The notes: a model not told the origin generated them from the letters alone. Shown: positions 15,096 through 24,948, counted from the first letter of the stretch. The stretch: DNA of 64,000 nt from an uncultured Rickettsiales bacterium (GCA_900550565.1 URSG01000003.1:287-64286), one strand, 5' to 3'. Translations and numbers: made by a program.

Positions 15096-18000
15096 ATGTT
15101 AAAGTTTTTCGTTCGCAGACCTGTCACAACTGTTATGTTTGTTTTGTTATGGGTTGCGTTGGGGTTGGTATCATTTCCAAAGATGAACATTGAACGCACG
15201 CCGTCGTTGGATTTCCCGATGGTCACTGCGTCATTTATATATCCAGGTGCATCGCCTGCGGAAATTGAAACCCAGGTTATTAAAAAGGCCGAAGACGCTA
15301 TGTCCGAAGTGGCCGGTCTGAAAAAATTGACCGCCCAGGCGTATGAAAATGGTGGCTATGTTATGGCCGAATTTAACTTGGGCGTGAACGTCAATGATAA
15401 ATCCAGCGAGGTTAAGTCCAAGATTGACGCACTGTCGTCTGAATTCCCAGACGCACTGAAACAGCCTGTTGTTGAAAAATTAAATCCATTACAGGAATCG
15501 GTTGTGGACATTGTTCTGCGTGGTGCATCGCCCCGTGATATGCAGGAATATGTTGATAACGTCCTGTCTAATAAAATCACAGCAATCAAGGGCGTGGCCA
15601 GCGTATCTGTGTTCGGTGGCGAAGACCGTGCGGTGCGCGTTGAAATGAACCCAGAACTGATGGCGGCGCGTGGCGCAACCGTGACAGATGTTGTGACGGC
15701 ATTGGCGGCGCGCAATCTGAATGTCCCAGGCGGAAAAATTGAAACAACTGGGAACGCATCAAACGTTCGTTTTATTGGTGAATTTGAATCAGTGGATGAA
15801 ATTGCAAACCTGCATCTGACAACGGTTGAAGGGGCGCGTTTCAAACTGTCTGATGTTGCAACCGTGACAGATGCCGCCCGTGATGTTGAAACAGGCGCAC
15901 GTTATAATGGTGAACCTGTGGTTATCGCGTCTGTGGTCAAGGCGTCTGATGGTAATGCAATTAAAATTTCCCAGGCATTGCGTAAAAAAATGCCAGAATT
16001 GCAGGCAAATATGCAGACACGTTTCCCGAACGCGACGATGGAAATTATCGCTGATTCATCTACGGCGATATCGGACGAAACAAACAGTACAATTTGGGGT
16101 ATCGTCCTGGGGATTGTGTTTACCGTATTGGTTCTGTTGGCGTTCACACGCAACTGGCGTTCAACCATTATCGCAGGTGTCGTGATTCCTGCGTCATTGG
16201 TTGCCGGATTCTTCTTTATGAACGGCAGTGGATTTACAATCAATGCGATGACACTGTTGGCGTATTCATCTGCGCTGGGGACACTGGTATCAAACGCGAT
16301 TATTTTGATTGAATCTGCGTTGCAGGAAATGCGCGCCGGCAAAGACCCTGAAAACGCCGCTGTTGATGGAACGAAAAAGGTTGCAGTATCTGTGTTGGCC
16401 GGTGTCGGAACAAACGTCGTGGTGTTCTTGCCGTTGGCGTTTATGAGTGGTATCGTTGGGCAATTTATGATTCAGTTTGGTCTGACTGTTGTGTATCTGA
16501 CGCTGTTGTCATTGCTGTTCAGTTTCACACTGACCCCGATGATGATTGCCAAGATTTTGCGTCTGACGGGCGACAAAAACGCCAAGAAAAAACAGGCCGC
16601 ACAAAAGCCCCAGGCTGTATCGCCGACAATGGAAAAATTACATCGCTGGTTTGATGTGCAGCATAATCATCCGTGGCGTGTAATCGGATTGGCGGTGGCG
16701 GTGTTTATCGGTTCTGTTATGTTGACCAAGTTTGTTGGTAATGAATTTGCGCCATCAACTGACGTAGATGAAATTACAATCACGGCGCGTGCGCCAATGG
16801 GGGCGACATTTGAAAAATCGCGCAGTATCGCCGAACAAATAGAAAACGAATTAAAACAATTCCCACAGGTCAAGGCGACATCTGTGAAAATCGGTGAACG
16901 TGGTCTGCAAAACATCGCGATAAAGGCTGAATTGGTCGCGCGTGCAGATCGTGGTATCAGCGATAAAAAACTGGCGCGTCGTATTTTGCCACGTCTGGAA
17001 ACAATCCCAGATGTTGAAATCCAAATTCACGCCGGTTCGTCAATGTCGTCATCGTCAACTGCGGATATTGTTTTGAATATCAAAGGCGAAGATGACGCAA
17101 AGCGCGAAGAATACGCAACGCGCGTCCTGGAAATGATAAACCAGGTTCCCGAAGTGCAAAGTGCGGTGCGCGCCCAGCAGACCCCGGGTCGCGAAATTCG
17201 CTTTGTCCCAGATGAAGATAAAATGAATTTCTGGGGGGTCAAGAATTCTTATGCAGGGACAACATTGCGAACCGCGTTGTATGGTAATGACGATTACAAA
17301 TACAAAGAAAATGGCGAAGAATATCCGATTATTTTGGAATTTGCACGCCCATTTAAAACCGCGGAAATGTTTGACAATGTATACGTGAATTCGCAAAAGG
17401 GTATGGTCGCGTTGTCGTCGCTGGGTAAAATTGAAAACGTTGCGGCAACCCCGAACATCAGCCGTCTGGATAAAAACAGAATTACCGAAATTGACATCAA
17501 TATTGGTAAATCAACACTGGGACCGGTCCAGGCAAAAATCCAGGCTGGGCTGGACGCGATGAACTGGGACGCAGGTTATAGCGCGGAATTCGGTGGTATG
17601 TCGGAAATCCAGGACGAAACAACCGGCGAAATTGCCCAGGCGTTCTTGCTGGCGACAGTATTGACATTTATGTTGTTGGCGGCGATTATGAATTCGTTGG
17701 CGCATCCATTTACGATTGCGACATCAATTCTGACATCGTTCACAGGCGTGTTTATCGTTCTGTTCTTGACCGGTGCGACGATGAACGTTGGTGCTATGTT
17801 GGCGTTCGTTATGTTGGTCGGATTGGTGGTGAACAATAATATTCTGTTGTTGGAACCAACAATCGGGCGTATCAACAATGGTCAAAGTGCATACGACGCA
17901 TTGTGGGCGGAAATAAACGACAAGCGTTATATGATTTTGATGACGTCTATTGCGGTTATTACCGGTATGATGCCCCAGTTGTGGTCAACTGATGGTATGA

Positions 18001-18125
18001 AGGTCGCAATGGCTGCGGTTATGATTGGTGGTATGATGGCCAGTTTGATATTTACATTTACACTGACCCCGGCATTGTTCTTTTTAATAGAACGTGCGCG
18101 CCAACGCGTGTCGCGTAAAAAATAA
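15096..18125 (+). CDS. RND efflux permease (AcrB/AcrD/AcrF family)
   Basis: 1009 aa. 12-TM layout with two large periplasmic loops and an N-terminus FFVRRPVTTVMFVLLWVALGLVSF typical of the family. Confidence 0.9.
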   Translation: MLKFFVRRPVTTVMFVLLWVALGLVSFPKMNIERTPSLDFPMVTASFIYPGASPAEIETQVIKKAEDAMSEVAGLKKLTAQAYENGGYVMAEFNLGVNVNDKSSEVKSKIDALSSEFPDALKQPVVEKLNPLQESVVDIVLRGASPRDMQEYVDNVLSNKITAIKGVASVSVFGGEDRAVRVEMNPELMAARGATVTDVVTALAARNLNVPGGKIETTGNASNVRFIGEFESVDEIANLHLTTVEGARFKLSDVATVTDAARDVETGARYNGEPVVIASVVKASDGNAIKISQALRKKMPELQANMQTRFPNATMEIIADSSTAISDETNSTIWGIVLGIVFTVLVLLAFTRNWRSTIIAGVVIPASLVAGFFFMNGSGFTINAMTLLAYSSALGTLVSNAIILIESALQEMRAGKDPENAAVDGTKKVAVSVLAGVGTNVVVFLPLAFMSGIVGQFMIQFGLTVVYLTLLSLLFSFTLTPMMIAKILRLTGDKNAKKKQAAQKPQAVSPTMEKLHRWFDVQHNHPWRVIGLAVAVFIGSVMLTKFVGNEFAPSTDVDEITITARAPMGATFEKSRSIAEQIENELKQFPQVKATSVKIGERGLQNIAIKAELVARADRGISDKKLARRILPRLETIPDVEIQIHAGSSMSSSSTADIVLNIKGEDDAKREEYATRVLEMINQVPEVQSAVRAQQTPGREIRFVPDEDKMNFWGVKNSYAGTTLRTALYGNDDYKYKENGEEYPIILEFARPFKTAEMFDNVYVNSQKGMVALSSLGKIENVAATPNISRLDKNRITEIDINIGKSTLGPVQAKIQAGLDAMNWDAGYSAEFGGMSEIQDETTGEIAQAFLLATVLTFMLLAAIMNSLAHPFTIATSILTSFTGVFIVLFLTGATMNVGAMLAFVMLVGLVVNNNILLLEPTIGRINNGQSAYDALWAEINDKRYMILMTSIAVITGMMPQLWSTDGMKVAMAAVMIGGMMASLIFTFTLTPALFFLIERARQRVSRKK

Positions 18126-18130
18126 CCACG

Positions 18131-18156
18131 ACGGGGCATAATGCCCCGTTTTTTTA
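18131..18156 (+). terminator. rho-independent terminator after the RND gene
   Basis: Stem ACGGGGCAT/ATGCCCCGT followed by T7. Confidence 0.75.
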
Positions 18157-18212
18157 TTGCCCAACGCGCAAAGCCTGGTATAATACGCCCGAAATATCAA
18201 AAGGATTTGTAT

Positions 18213-18815
18213 ATGTTGATGAAGCAAGATGTTGTTGTTTTTGATTTTGACGGAACGCTGTCGGCGCGTGATTCTAATGTGGAATTTGGGCGGTATTGTT
18301 TTCGCCACTCGTTTCGGCCGTGGTTGTTTTTGCCATTGATGGGTGTGGCATTGATTGCGCGTGCGTTTAATCCGGCTGGGCTGTGGTGGCGCGAAAGTAT
18401 GCGTCGCTTTTTAACCGCAGATATGGTTCGTAAATTTGCACCTGATTTTATCAAACTGCATAAAATGGAACGCTTTGGCTGGGCCAAAGAACAGGTTGCC
18501 GCAGAACGCGCCGCCGGACGTCGGGTGGTGCTGGTTTCGGCCAGTACGGATTACTTGGTGCCGCAACTGGTGCGTGATATAAAATTTGATGTGGTTTTGA
18601 CATCACAGATGGACGCGACCAAACCGTGGAAATATAAATTCTTGTGCTGGGGCGCGAACAAGGTTGTCGCGCTGGACGCGTGGGCGGCAAAAAACAAAAT
18701 TATACCGCGCGTCGTGCGCAGTTATTCGGACAGTCCGTCTGATATGCCGATGATGGAAATTGCCGCGGAACAGGTTTGGGTTGACGCAAAAACAGGATTG
18801 CGAAAACATGCCTAG
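18213..18815 (+). CDS. HAD-IB family hydrolase (phosphoserine-phosphatase-like)
   Basis: FDFDGTL motif I, SAS motif II and SDSPSDMPMM motif IV. Start trimmed from 18141, which overlaps the terminator, to the ATG at 18213 with an AAAGGA RBS. Confidence 0.7.
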   Translation: MLMKQDVVVFDFDGTLSARDSNVEFGRYCFRHSFRPWLFLPLMGVALIARAFNPAGLWWRESMRRFLTADMVRKFAPDFIKLHKMERFGWAKEQVAAERAAGRRVVLVSASTDYLVPQLVRDIKFDVVLTSQMDATKPWKYKFLCWGANKVVALDAWAAKNKIIPRVVRSYSDSPSDMPMMEIAAEQVWVDAKTGLRKHA

Positions 18816-18849
18816 GGCGCGCGCGAAATAAATCCGTTATAATCGTCGT

Positions 18850-19119
18850 ATGGTTATGACGGATTTTTTATATGATTTTTCGGTCGGCATTGCATGTGCA
18901 TTGATTGGTGCGTTGATAAGTATATTGCTATCGCGTCGTAAAACGCGTCGCCTGACCAGTGAAATTGTCCTGCGTCGTCATGATTTAGACGCATTGCGAT
19001 TGGAAAATAATAGATTGCTGGAAACAATCAAGAACCGCGAAACGCAAATACTGGAATTGCAAAAGAAAATATTGGATAACCATAAAAAATCAATTTGCAA
19101 AAAAACACGTCGTAAATAA
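18850..19119 (+). CDS. small membrane-anchored coiled-coil protein
   Basis: 89 aa with one N-terminal TM helix followed by a charged helix. TATAAT at 18838-18843 ends 6 nt before the ATG. Confidence 0.4.
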   Translation: MVMTDFLYDFSVGIACALIGALISILLSRRKTRRLTSEIVLRRHDLDALRLENNRLLETIKNRETQILELQKKILDNHKKSICKKTRRK

Positions 19120-19147
19120 AAACGTCCGTCAAAGCGGACGTTTTTTT
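19117..19147. terminator. bidirectional rho-independent terminator
   Basis: Stem CGTCCG/CGGACG flanked by A5 and T7, between convergent genes. Confidence 0.7.
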
Positions 19148-19155
19148 ATTGCAAT

Positions 19156-20034
19156 TTAATCTTCGCCAAAATCCATATCGCGCAATTTTTCGGCGCGTGG
19201 CGTGATTTTATCAACAGATGTTTGCAGTTGTTCTATGTCGGTTGTTGCCTGGTTAAAGTGTTGTGATACGCGCGCCGCGCGGTCAGACAAACGCCCCAGG
19301 TCGGTCAGCAGCATATCCAGTTCCTTTTTTATCTTGGCCGCGACGCGTTTGATTTTTATGTCAGATAATACTGCGCGAATTGTGTTCAATGTTGCCCACA
19401 GTGTTGACGGCGACACAATAAATACTTTGCGACGCGCAGCATATTCAATCGCGCCCGGAAATTCACGATGCAGTGTTTCAAATATTGATTCAGACGCAAT
19501 AAACATCATAGCAGAATCTGCGGTTTTGCCGGGTATAATATATTTTTCGGCAATGGCATCAATATGCTTGCGCACGTCCAGTTCAAACTGTTTTCGTGCC
19601 GCGCCATCGTTGGCGTCTGATTGCATACGGTTAAATGATTCCAGTGGAAATTTACTGTCAATTATCATATCGCCCGGCGGATACGGCAGGCGTATAACAC
19701 AATCTGGTCGCACGCCAGTATCCATTACAACCTGGAACGCGTATGTTTCAGGTGGCATAATATCGGCAACTAAATCGGCCAGTTGACGTTCACCAAATGT
19801 TCCGCGTGCCTGTTTGTTGCCCATCAAAATATTTTTGAAATTCGCAATGTCGCCACTGATATTTTTCAATTCTATTGCGTTTTGCGACAATGCGCCCAGC
19901 CGTTCGGCCAACCGTTCGCGCAGACGGGCGTTGTCTTCGCGCAGGGCGGAAATGTCCACCGTCGGACGGCGCATTAAAATCGCCATCAATAATCCAATTA
20001 TAATAAACAGCAGTAAAAAAATATAAGTTGTCAT
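19156..20034 (-). CDS. rmuC: DNA recombination protein RmuC
   Basis: N-terminal TM helix, coiled coil and RmuC core (RGTFGERQLADL...IDSKFPLESF). Start set at the ATG at 20034 with an AAGGA RBS; the track start at 20058 is a TTG. Confidence 0.85.
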   Translation of the reverse strand: MTTYIFLLLFIIIGLLMAILMRRPTVDISALREDNARLRERLAERLGALSQNAIELKNISGDIANFKNILMGNKQARGTFGERQLADLVADIMPPETYAFQVVMDTGVRPDCVIRLPYPPGDMIIDSKFPLESFNRMQSDANDGAARKQFELDVRKHIDAIAEKYIIPGKTADSAMMFIASESIFETLHREFPGAIEYAARRKVFIVSPSTLWATLNTIRAVLSDIKIKRVAAKIKKELDMLLTDLGRLSDRAARVSQHFNQATTDIEQLQTSVDKITPRAEKLRDMDFGED

Positions 20035-20076
20035 TTGTCTTTCCTTTGCTAAAATCAATTATAAGAGGATTTATAA

Positions 20077-20580
20077 ATGTTGCAAATGAAACTTTGTGGG
20101 GATTTGGTTTTGCGCGAAAAATGTGCGCCAATTACTGAAATTACCCCCGAAATACTGAATACTATGGACGAAATGATTGGTATGATGCGGGACCAGTCGG
20201 GGGTTGGTCTGGCCGCGCCCCAGGTCGGCATTTTGCAACGTTTTTTGATTATGATGGACCCAGATACTGAAACCGTGTTCAAGATGATAAATCCCAAAAT
20301 CATCTCGCACAGTGCGGAAACCTGCAAAATGGAAGAGGGGTGCCTGTCCGTGTTGGGGCCAGATAATTTGCCGGTGTATTCGCACGTCACGCGCCCGTCA
20401 TCGGTGGTGGTTGAATGGACAGATGAAAATGGCACACCCCAGGGGGCAAAGATGTCTGGGTTGCCGGCGCGAATTGTCCAGCACGAAACAGATCATCTGG
20501 ACGGCAAGTTGTTTATTGACTATCTGTCGCCGGTTCATCGCGAAATGGTTATGCGCAAGGTCAGGAAACGTAAATTATGA
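20077..20580 (+). CDS. def: peptide deformylase
   Basis: The three deformylase motifs GVGLAAPQVG, EGCLS and HETDHLDG. Confidence 0.95.
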   Translation: MLQMKLCGDLVLREKCAPITEITPEILNTMDEMIGMMRDQSGVGLAAPQVGILQRFLIMMDPDTETVFKMINPKIISHSAETCKMEEGCLSVLGPDNLPVYSHVTRPSSVVVEWTDENGTPQGAKMSGLPARIVQHETDHLDGKLFIDYLSPVHREMVMRKVRKRKL

Positions 20581-21386
20581 AATTAGTTTTAATGGGGACA
20601 CCAGAATTTGTTGTGCCAATCTTTGACGCGATTTATAACGCCGGACACGAAATTATGGCGGTATTTACCCGTGGGCCAAAACCGGTTGGACGCAAACAGG
20701 TGCTGACTAAATCGCCGGTGCAACTGTGGGCCGAATCAAAAAATCTGGCTGTGTTTAATCGCGTGTCTGAATATAATTTTTCGCCAGATATGGTTGTTGT
20801 TGTGTCGTATGGGGTAATTCTGCGCGATAATGTTTTGTCGTCTGCGCCGTGCGTCAATATTCACCCAAGTGATTTGCCAAAATATCGCGGCCCGTCACCA
20901 ATTAAAACCGCAATCTATAACGGCGATACGCACAGCACAGTGTGCCTGATGCAAATTACCGCCGAAATGGACGCCGGTGATGTTTTAATGCGACGCGATT
21001 TTGAAATTGGTGAAAATGATACAAACGACGACATTGAATCACGTGTGTCAAAAATTGGGGCAGAAATGCTGACCGAATATTTGGCGAACCCGTCTGGGTA
21101 TGCGCCGGTCGCACAAACTGGCACGCCGACATTTACGCATAAATGGTCGGGCGCAGATGAAATTATTGATTGGTCGCGTGGCGCACGCAATATTCATAAC
21201 CAGGTTCGCGCGCTGGGGGCGGGGCGCACAAAAATCAACGGCATTGATGTCAAGATTTTGCGTACGCGCATTGCGCCAAATGGTGAATTGGAAATATTAC
21301 AGATTCAACCGGCCGGCAAAAAGCCGATGGATTGGAAAAGTTTTACAAACGGTCTGCGTGGCGAATCTATAAAAATAGGGGAATAA
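20577..21386 (+). CDS. fmt: methionyl-tRNA formyltransferase (compact, 269 aa)
   Basis: MGTPEF N-terminus and the HPSDLPKYRGPSPI formyltransferase motif. Overlaps the def stop. Confidence 0.9.
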   Translation: MKLVLMGTPEFVVPIFDAIYNAGHEIMAVFTRGPKPVGRKQVLTKSPVQLWAESKNLAVFNRVSEYNFSPDMVVVVSYGVILRDNVLSSAPCVNIHPSDLPKYRGPSPIKTAIYNGDTHSTVCLMQITAEMDAGDVLMRRDFEIGENDTNDDIESRVSKIGAEMLTEYLANPSGYAPVAQTGTPTFTHKWSGADEIIDWSRGARNIHNQVRALGAGRTKINGIDVKILRTRIAPNGELEILQIQPAGKKPMDWKSFTNGLRGESIKIGE

Positions 21387-21389
21387 ATT

Positions 21390-21593
21390 ATGGGCAATAA
21401 AAAATCAACTGAATATCCACCGCGTTGGTGCGAATATTGTCGTTATTTTGGTGAATTTCGTGGTTGGTATGTGTGCTATCGTCCATGGTTGGCGCGGATT
21501 GGATTTTTGTCGCCTGAAACGGTGCCGTTTTCCGGTTGCTGTGAACATTTCAAATTGGCAAAACGTTATACTATGAAACAAAAAACCAGATAA
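21390..21593 (+). CDS. small Cys-rich protein of unknown function
   Basis: 67 aa (CEYC...C...CC.H). Packed 3 nt after the fmt stop and 2 nt before the truA start. Confidence 0.5.
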   Translation: MGNKKSTEYPPRWCEYCRYFGEFRGWYVCYRPWLARIGFLSPETVPFSGCCEHFKLAKRYTMKQKTR

Positions 21594-21595
21594 CA

Positions 21596-22339
21596 ATGAC
21601 ACGATTTCGCATAACACTTGAATATGACGGCACAGATTTAATCGGCTGGCAAGAAAATCGCCAGGGCCCGTCTGTGCAATCTGTGCTGCGTGATGCGATT
21701 TATGCGTTTTGTGGTGTGCGGCCCGATGTTGTCGCCGCCGGACGCACAGATGCCGGTGTGCACGCGATTGCAATGGTTGCGCATTTTGATTTGCCGGGTG
21801 ATTATACTGCGAACACGGTTATGCGTGCGGTGAATTTTTATCTGGTGGGGCAACCAGTTGCGATATTGTCCTGTGATATTGTCCCAGATGATTTTAATGC
21901 GCGATTTGATTGCGTGGCGCGCCACTATAAATATATTGTTTTGAACCGCAGTGCCGCGCCAGTGTTAAATAAAAATCGCGTGTGGTGGGTGCCACGTGCG
22001 CTGGACGTCGCCGCAATGCGCAATGCTGCAACGCGCCTGGTTGGTCATCACGATTTTACCAGTTTTCGCGCCACCCAGTGCCAGGCAAAAAGTCCGATAA
22101 AAACACTGGACGTTTGCAACATTACGGCCGATGGCGACAATATTATTTTTGAATTTTCGGCGCGGTCATTTCTGCATCACCAGGTGCGAAATATGGTTGG
22201 AACGCTGGTTGAAATCGGACTGGGGAAACCATACGATATTGATGAAATATTTGCCGCGCGTGCGCGCAGTGCGGCTGGGCCAACTGCGCCGGCATCGGGA
22301 CTGTATTTTATTTCGGCTGATTATGCCACGGACGATTGA
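21596..22339 (+). CDS. truA: tRNA pseudouridine(38-40) synthase
   Basis: RITLEYDGTDLIGWQ and the catalytic AAGRTDAGVHA motif. Confidence 0.95.
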   Translation: MTRFRITLEYDGTDLIGWQENRQGPSVQSVLRDAIYAFCGVRPDVVAAGRTDAGVHAIAMVAHFDLPGDYTANTVMRAVNFYLVGQPVAILSCDIVPDDFNARFDCVARHYKYIVLNRSAAPVLNKNRVWWVPRALDVAAMRNAATRLVGHHDFTSFRATQCQAKSPIKTLDVCNITADGDNIIFEFSARSFLHHQVRNMVGTLVEIGLGKPYDIDEIFAARARSAAGPTAPASGLYFISADYATDD

Positions 22340-24242
22340 TTGGCATATACTGGACTAGGCCAGATTTATATATCACAAATCCACCATGTAGAATTTTATG
22401 ATCGCAATGTGGGGCGTCAATATTGAAATACGACACGATGTATTTAACGCTGTCGTCACGGCACAGTTGAACGATGTTTTTGGCCAGTGGCACAAATTTC
22501 TGGATATAAACTAATTTGAATTTTGGCGTGTCAAACGTATAAACGCCGTGGTCGTGTTTTTTACGTATGTTGGGTGTGCCTGTTTTTTCGCCACGCAACT
22601 GTTTCCAGGTATCAAATGCAAAGTAATGATTTGACGCGCGCGATTTATTAAATATCAGTTTTCCATCTTGGACGAATCCAACCAATTCATCGTCGTATGT
22701 TGCCATAAATACAGGACGCGGCGTAATGATAACGACGCCTGTTGCAATCAGTGCAATTACACAGAATAAAATATAGTTTATTTTCCTGGTGCTGAATTTT
22801 ATCAACACCAATGTCATAAACGCCAGTATGCACAATGTGAGCGCCGTGTTTGATATATGTGGCATATTTACCGTTGCCCCAGGCATAGAAACGATTTTTT
22901 GTGCCGTGGCCAGTGTCACGTTATATATCTGGTCGGCCCAGTGCAATGGGAAATGTATTCCGAACACTGCGCCGATTGTGCCAACGATGACCAGTGGCAT
23001 AATTGCAACTGAAAATATCGGCAACAGCACCAGGTTGCCAATCAATCCATATAATGGGAACGAATAAAAATGCGCGATAACAAACGGGGCGGTAAATACA
23101 GTTGCAACAAGCGATGTCATCGTTGCAGTGAACAAGAATTTTAATATCTTGTTTTCTGGGGTGCGCGGTCGCACCACGCCCCAAAACCAAACCAGTCCAA
23201 AAATTGCGGCAAATGATAATTGAAATCCGGCCTGCATAACGTAATGCGGATTGATACAGAATATTACCAACATCGCCATACACACATTGCGCAGTGAAAT
23301 TGCGTCGCGTCCCATTATGATTGCTGTGAAAACAAGTGACGCCATCAAAAACGCACGCATAGTCGCAACATCACAGCCGGATAAAAATAAATAAAACAAC
23401 AATCCCACCCACGCGCATACTGTTGCTGGAATACGCGCCGGCATACGACGGGTTATTGGCGCAACCAGGCGAAATATGCAAAAGAATATCGCGAACAACC
23501 ACCCTGATACCAGGGTCACGTGAAAACCACTGATTGACCAAACGTGTCCGATTCCAACCGCCGTCCATACCGACCTGTCGTCACGTGGCACGGCGTTTTT
23601 GTATCCCATAACCAAACTGTCGCCCAGGAACGAATTTGCACGGCTGTGCAAATAATCGCGCAGTTTTGCGATATTGCCGCCACCGTTGTGCGCCAAGATT
23701 TGAAAATCTTTGATATATCCTGTGGCGGTTAAACCATTAAAGTATGACCATCGTGCATAGTCAAATGACGCCGGCCCATACGCAGGACTGGGGCGATACA
23801 GGTTCACCGTTGCGCGCACTGTGTCGCCAATTTTAGGAATGTCGCCGTCGGGTGATGTTGATACGCGAACTGTTGCCGCGCGTTCGGTAATTTGGCCCGG
23901 TGCAACGCGAATAAAAATACGCGCCCGATTATCTGTATAGTCCAGGTCTTTTACATCGCCGACAACAACAACGTTGCGCAATGGACGCGAAATCTGTGGT
24001 GTTGAAAATGTGTGCGTAAATGCCATCGCATACACAAATCCAAACGCAAATACGAAAACCGCACGCAACAGCAATGGCACGCGTCGTATCATTGCCAGTG
24101 CGCCAAACAGTATCACAAAAATCCACGGAAAAATAATATTGGGTTCTGTTATGCGCGTGAAATACAGCGCGGCACCAAATGCCAATAAAAATGGCAACCA
24201 TAAAAACAAGTTATCTGATTGATTGTTCCAGAATTTCTGCAT
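22308..24242 (-). CDS. comEC: ComEC/Rec2 family DNA internalisation channel (no recognisable metallo-beta-lactamase domain)
   Basis: Polytopic membrane protein with a DUF4131-like N-terminus and a competence domain. No HxHxDH motif in the C-terminal 150 aa. Start set to the ATG at 24242; the track start at 24278 is a TTG that doubles as a -35 element. Confidence 0.8.
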   Translation of the reverse strand: MQKFWNNQSDNLFLWLPFLLAFGAALYFTRITEPNIIFPWIFVILFGALAMIRRVPLLLRAVFVFAFGFVYAMAFTHTFSTPQISRPLRNVVVVGDVKDLDYTDNRARIFIRVAPGQITERAATVRVSTSPDGDIPKIGDTVRATVNLYRPSPAYGPASFDYARWSYFNGLTATGYIKDFQILAHNGGGNIAKLRDYLHSRANSFLGDSLVMGYKNAVPRDDRSVWTAVGIGHVWSISGFHVTLVSGWLFAIFFCIFRLVAPITRRMPARIPATVCAWVGLLFYLFLSGCDVATMRAFLMASLVFTAIIMGRDAISLRNVCMAMLVIFCINPHYVMQAGFQLSFAAIFGLVWFWGVVRPRTPENKILKFLFTATMTSLVATVFTAPFVIAHFYSFPLYGLIGNLVLLPIFSVAIMPLVIVGTIGAVFGIHFPLHWADQIYNVTLATAQKIVSMPGATVNMPHISNTALTLCILAFMTLVLIKFSTRKINYILFCVIALIATGVVIITPRPVFMATYDDELVGFVQDGKLIFNKSRASNHYFAFDTWKQLRGEKTGTPNIRKKHDHGVYTFDTPKFKLVYIQKFVPLAKNIVQLCRDDSVKYIVSYFNIDAPHCDHKILHGGFVIYKSGLVQYMPINRPWHNQPK

Positions 24243-24248
24243 ACAGAA

Positions 24249-24278
24249 ATTATAGGAATTTATATCGTCGGCCTGCAA
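24249..24278 (-). promoter_or_regulatory. candidate promoter TTGCAG-18-TATAAT, with the -10 ending 6 nt before the comEC ATG
   Basis: Read on the minus strand. No Shine-Dalgarno lies between the -10 and the ATG. Confidence 0.45.
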
Positions 24279-24292
24279 TTAAAAAATCAGGA

Positions 24293-24607
24293 TTATTTTC
24301 CAAATATAAATGATGAATCTGTGGTTAAACGAATTATTTCGTCCATATTGTCATCATCAGATGTGTGTTGTCGTATTGTTTTGCCACATTGTTCGCATTT
24401 GTGCGTTATAACAAACCGTGCGCCATCTGGGGCAATGGCCACAGGTCGCATCATGCCGCCACAGGTCGCACTGCGATCGCCCGGTGCGTTATCCACGTGG
24501 CGCGACCACAAACACACAGGGCAATGATTTGTATAACCATTGCCCCGAACGTGCGCGCCACAGTGGGCGCATATAAAATCTTCAACCGTTTTGGTAAAGC
24601 GTTTCAT
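24293..24607 (-). CDS. RNHCP domain protein
   Basis: 104 aa with CAHCG...YTNHCPVCLWSRHVD...CEQCG, matching the RNHCP zinc-ribbon family pattern. Confidence 0.7.
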   Translation of the reverse strand: MKRFTKTVEDFICAHCGAHVRGNGYTNHCPVCLWSRHVDNAPGDRSATCGGMMRPVAIAPDGARFVITHKCEQCGKTIRQHTSDDDNMDEIIRLTTDSSFIFGK

Positions 24608-24855
24608 TACAGCCCCAATGCACTGCGATACATTTGGGTCAGTTCGTCCGCTTCGTCCAGTTCATCTGGGTCCAGTTTGCGCAGGCGTATCATCTGGCGG
24701 ATATATTTTGGATCAAACCCGGCGGATTTAGCCTCGCTATAAATTTCCTTGATGTCGGCGGCGATGTTCGCAGCGTCTTCGTTTAATTTTTCAATTCTTT
24801 GAATTACGGTAAGTAATTGTTGGTTGTCAATTGCGCCGTGATTTGCGTTTTTCAT
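24607..24855 (-). CDS. gapR: GapR-like DNA-binding protein (DUF2312/UPF0335)
   Basis: 82 aa. QLLTVIQRIEKLNEDAANIAADIKEIYSEAKSAGFDPKYIRQMIRLRKLD aligns by eye with Caulobacter GapR. Confidence 0.8.
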   Translation of the reverse strand: MKNANHGAIDNQQLLTVIQRIEKLNEDAANIAADIKEIYSEAKSAGFDPKYIRQMIRLRKLDPDELDEADELTQMYRSALGL

Positions 24856-24948
24856 ATCCTTTTCCCCTTGTTTATCTGTCCGTTTTATGATATATCATAA
24901 ATCGTAAAAATCAAGGAAAACGAAACTAAAAAACAAAGCGGAAAAAAT

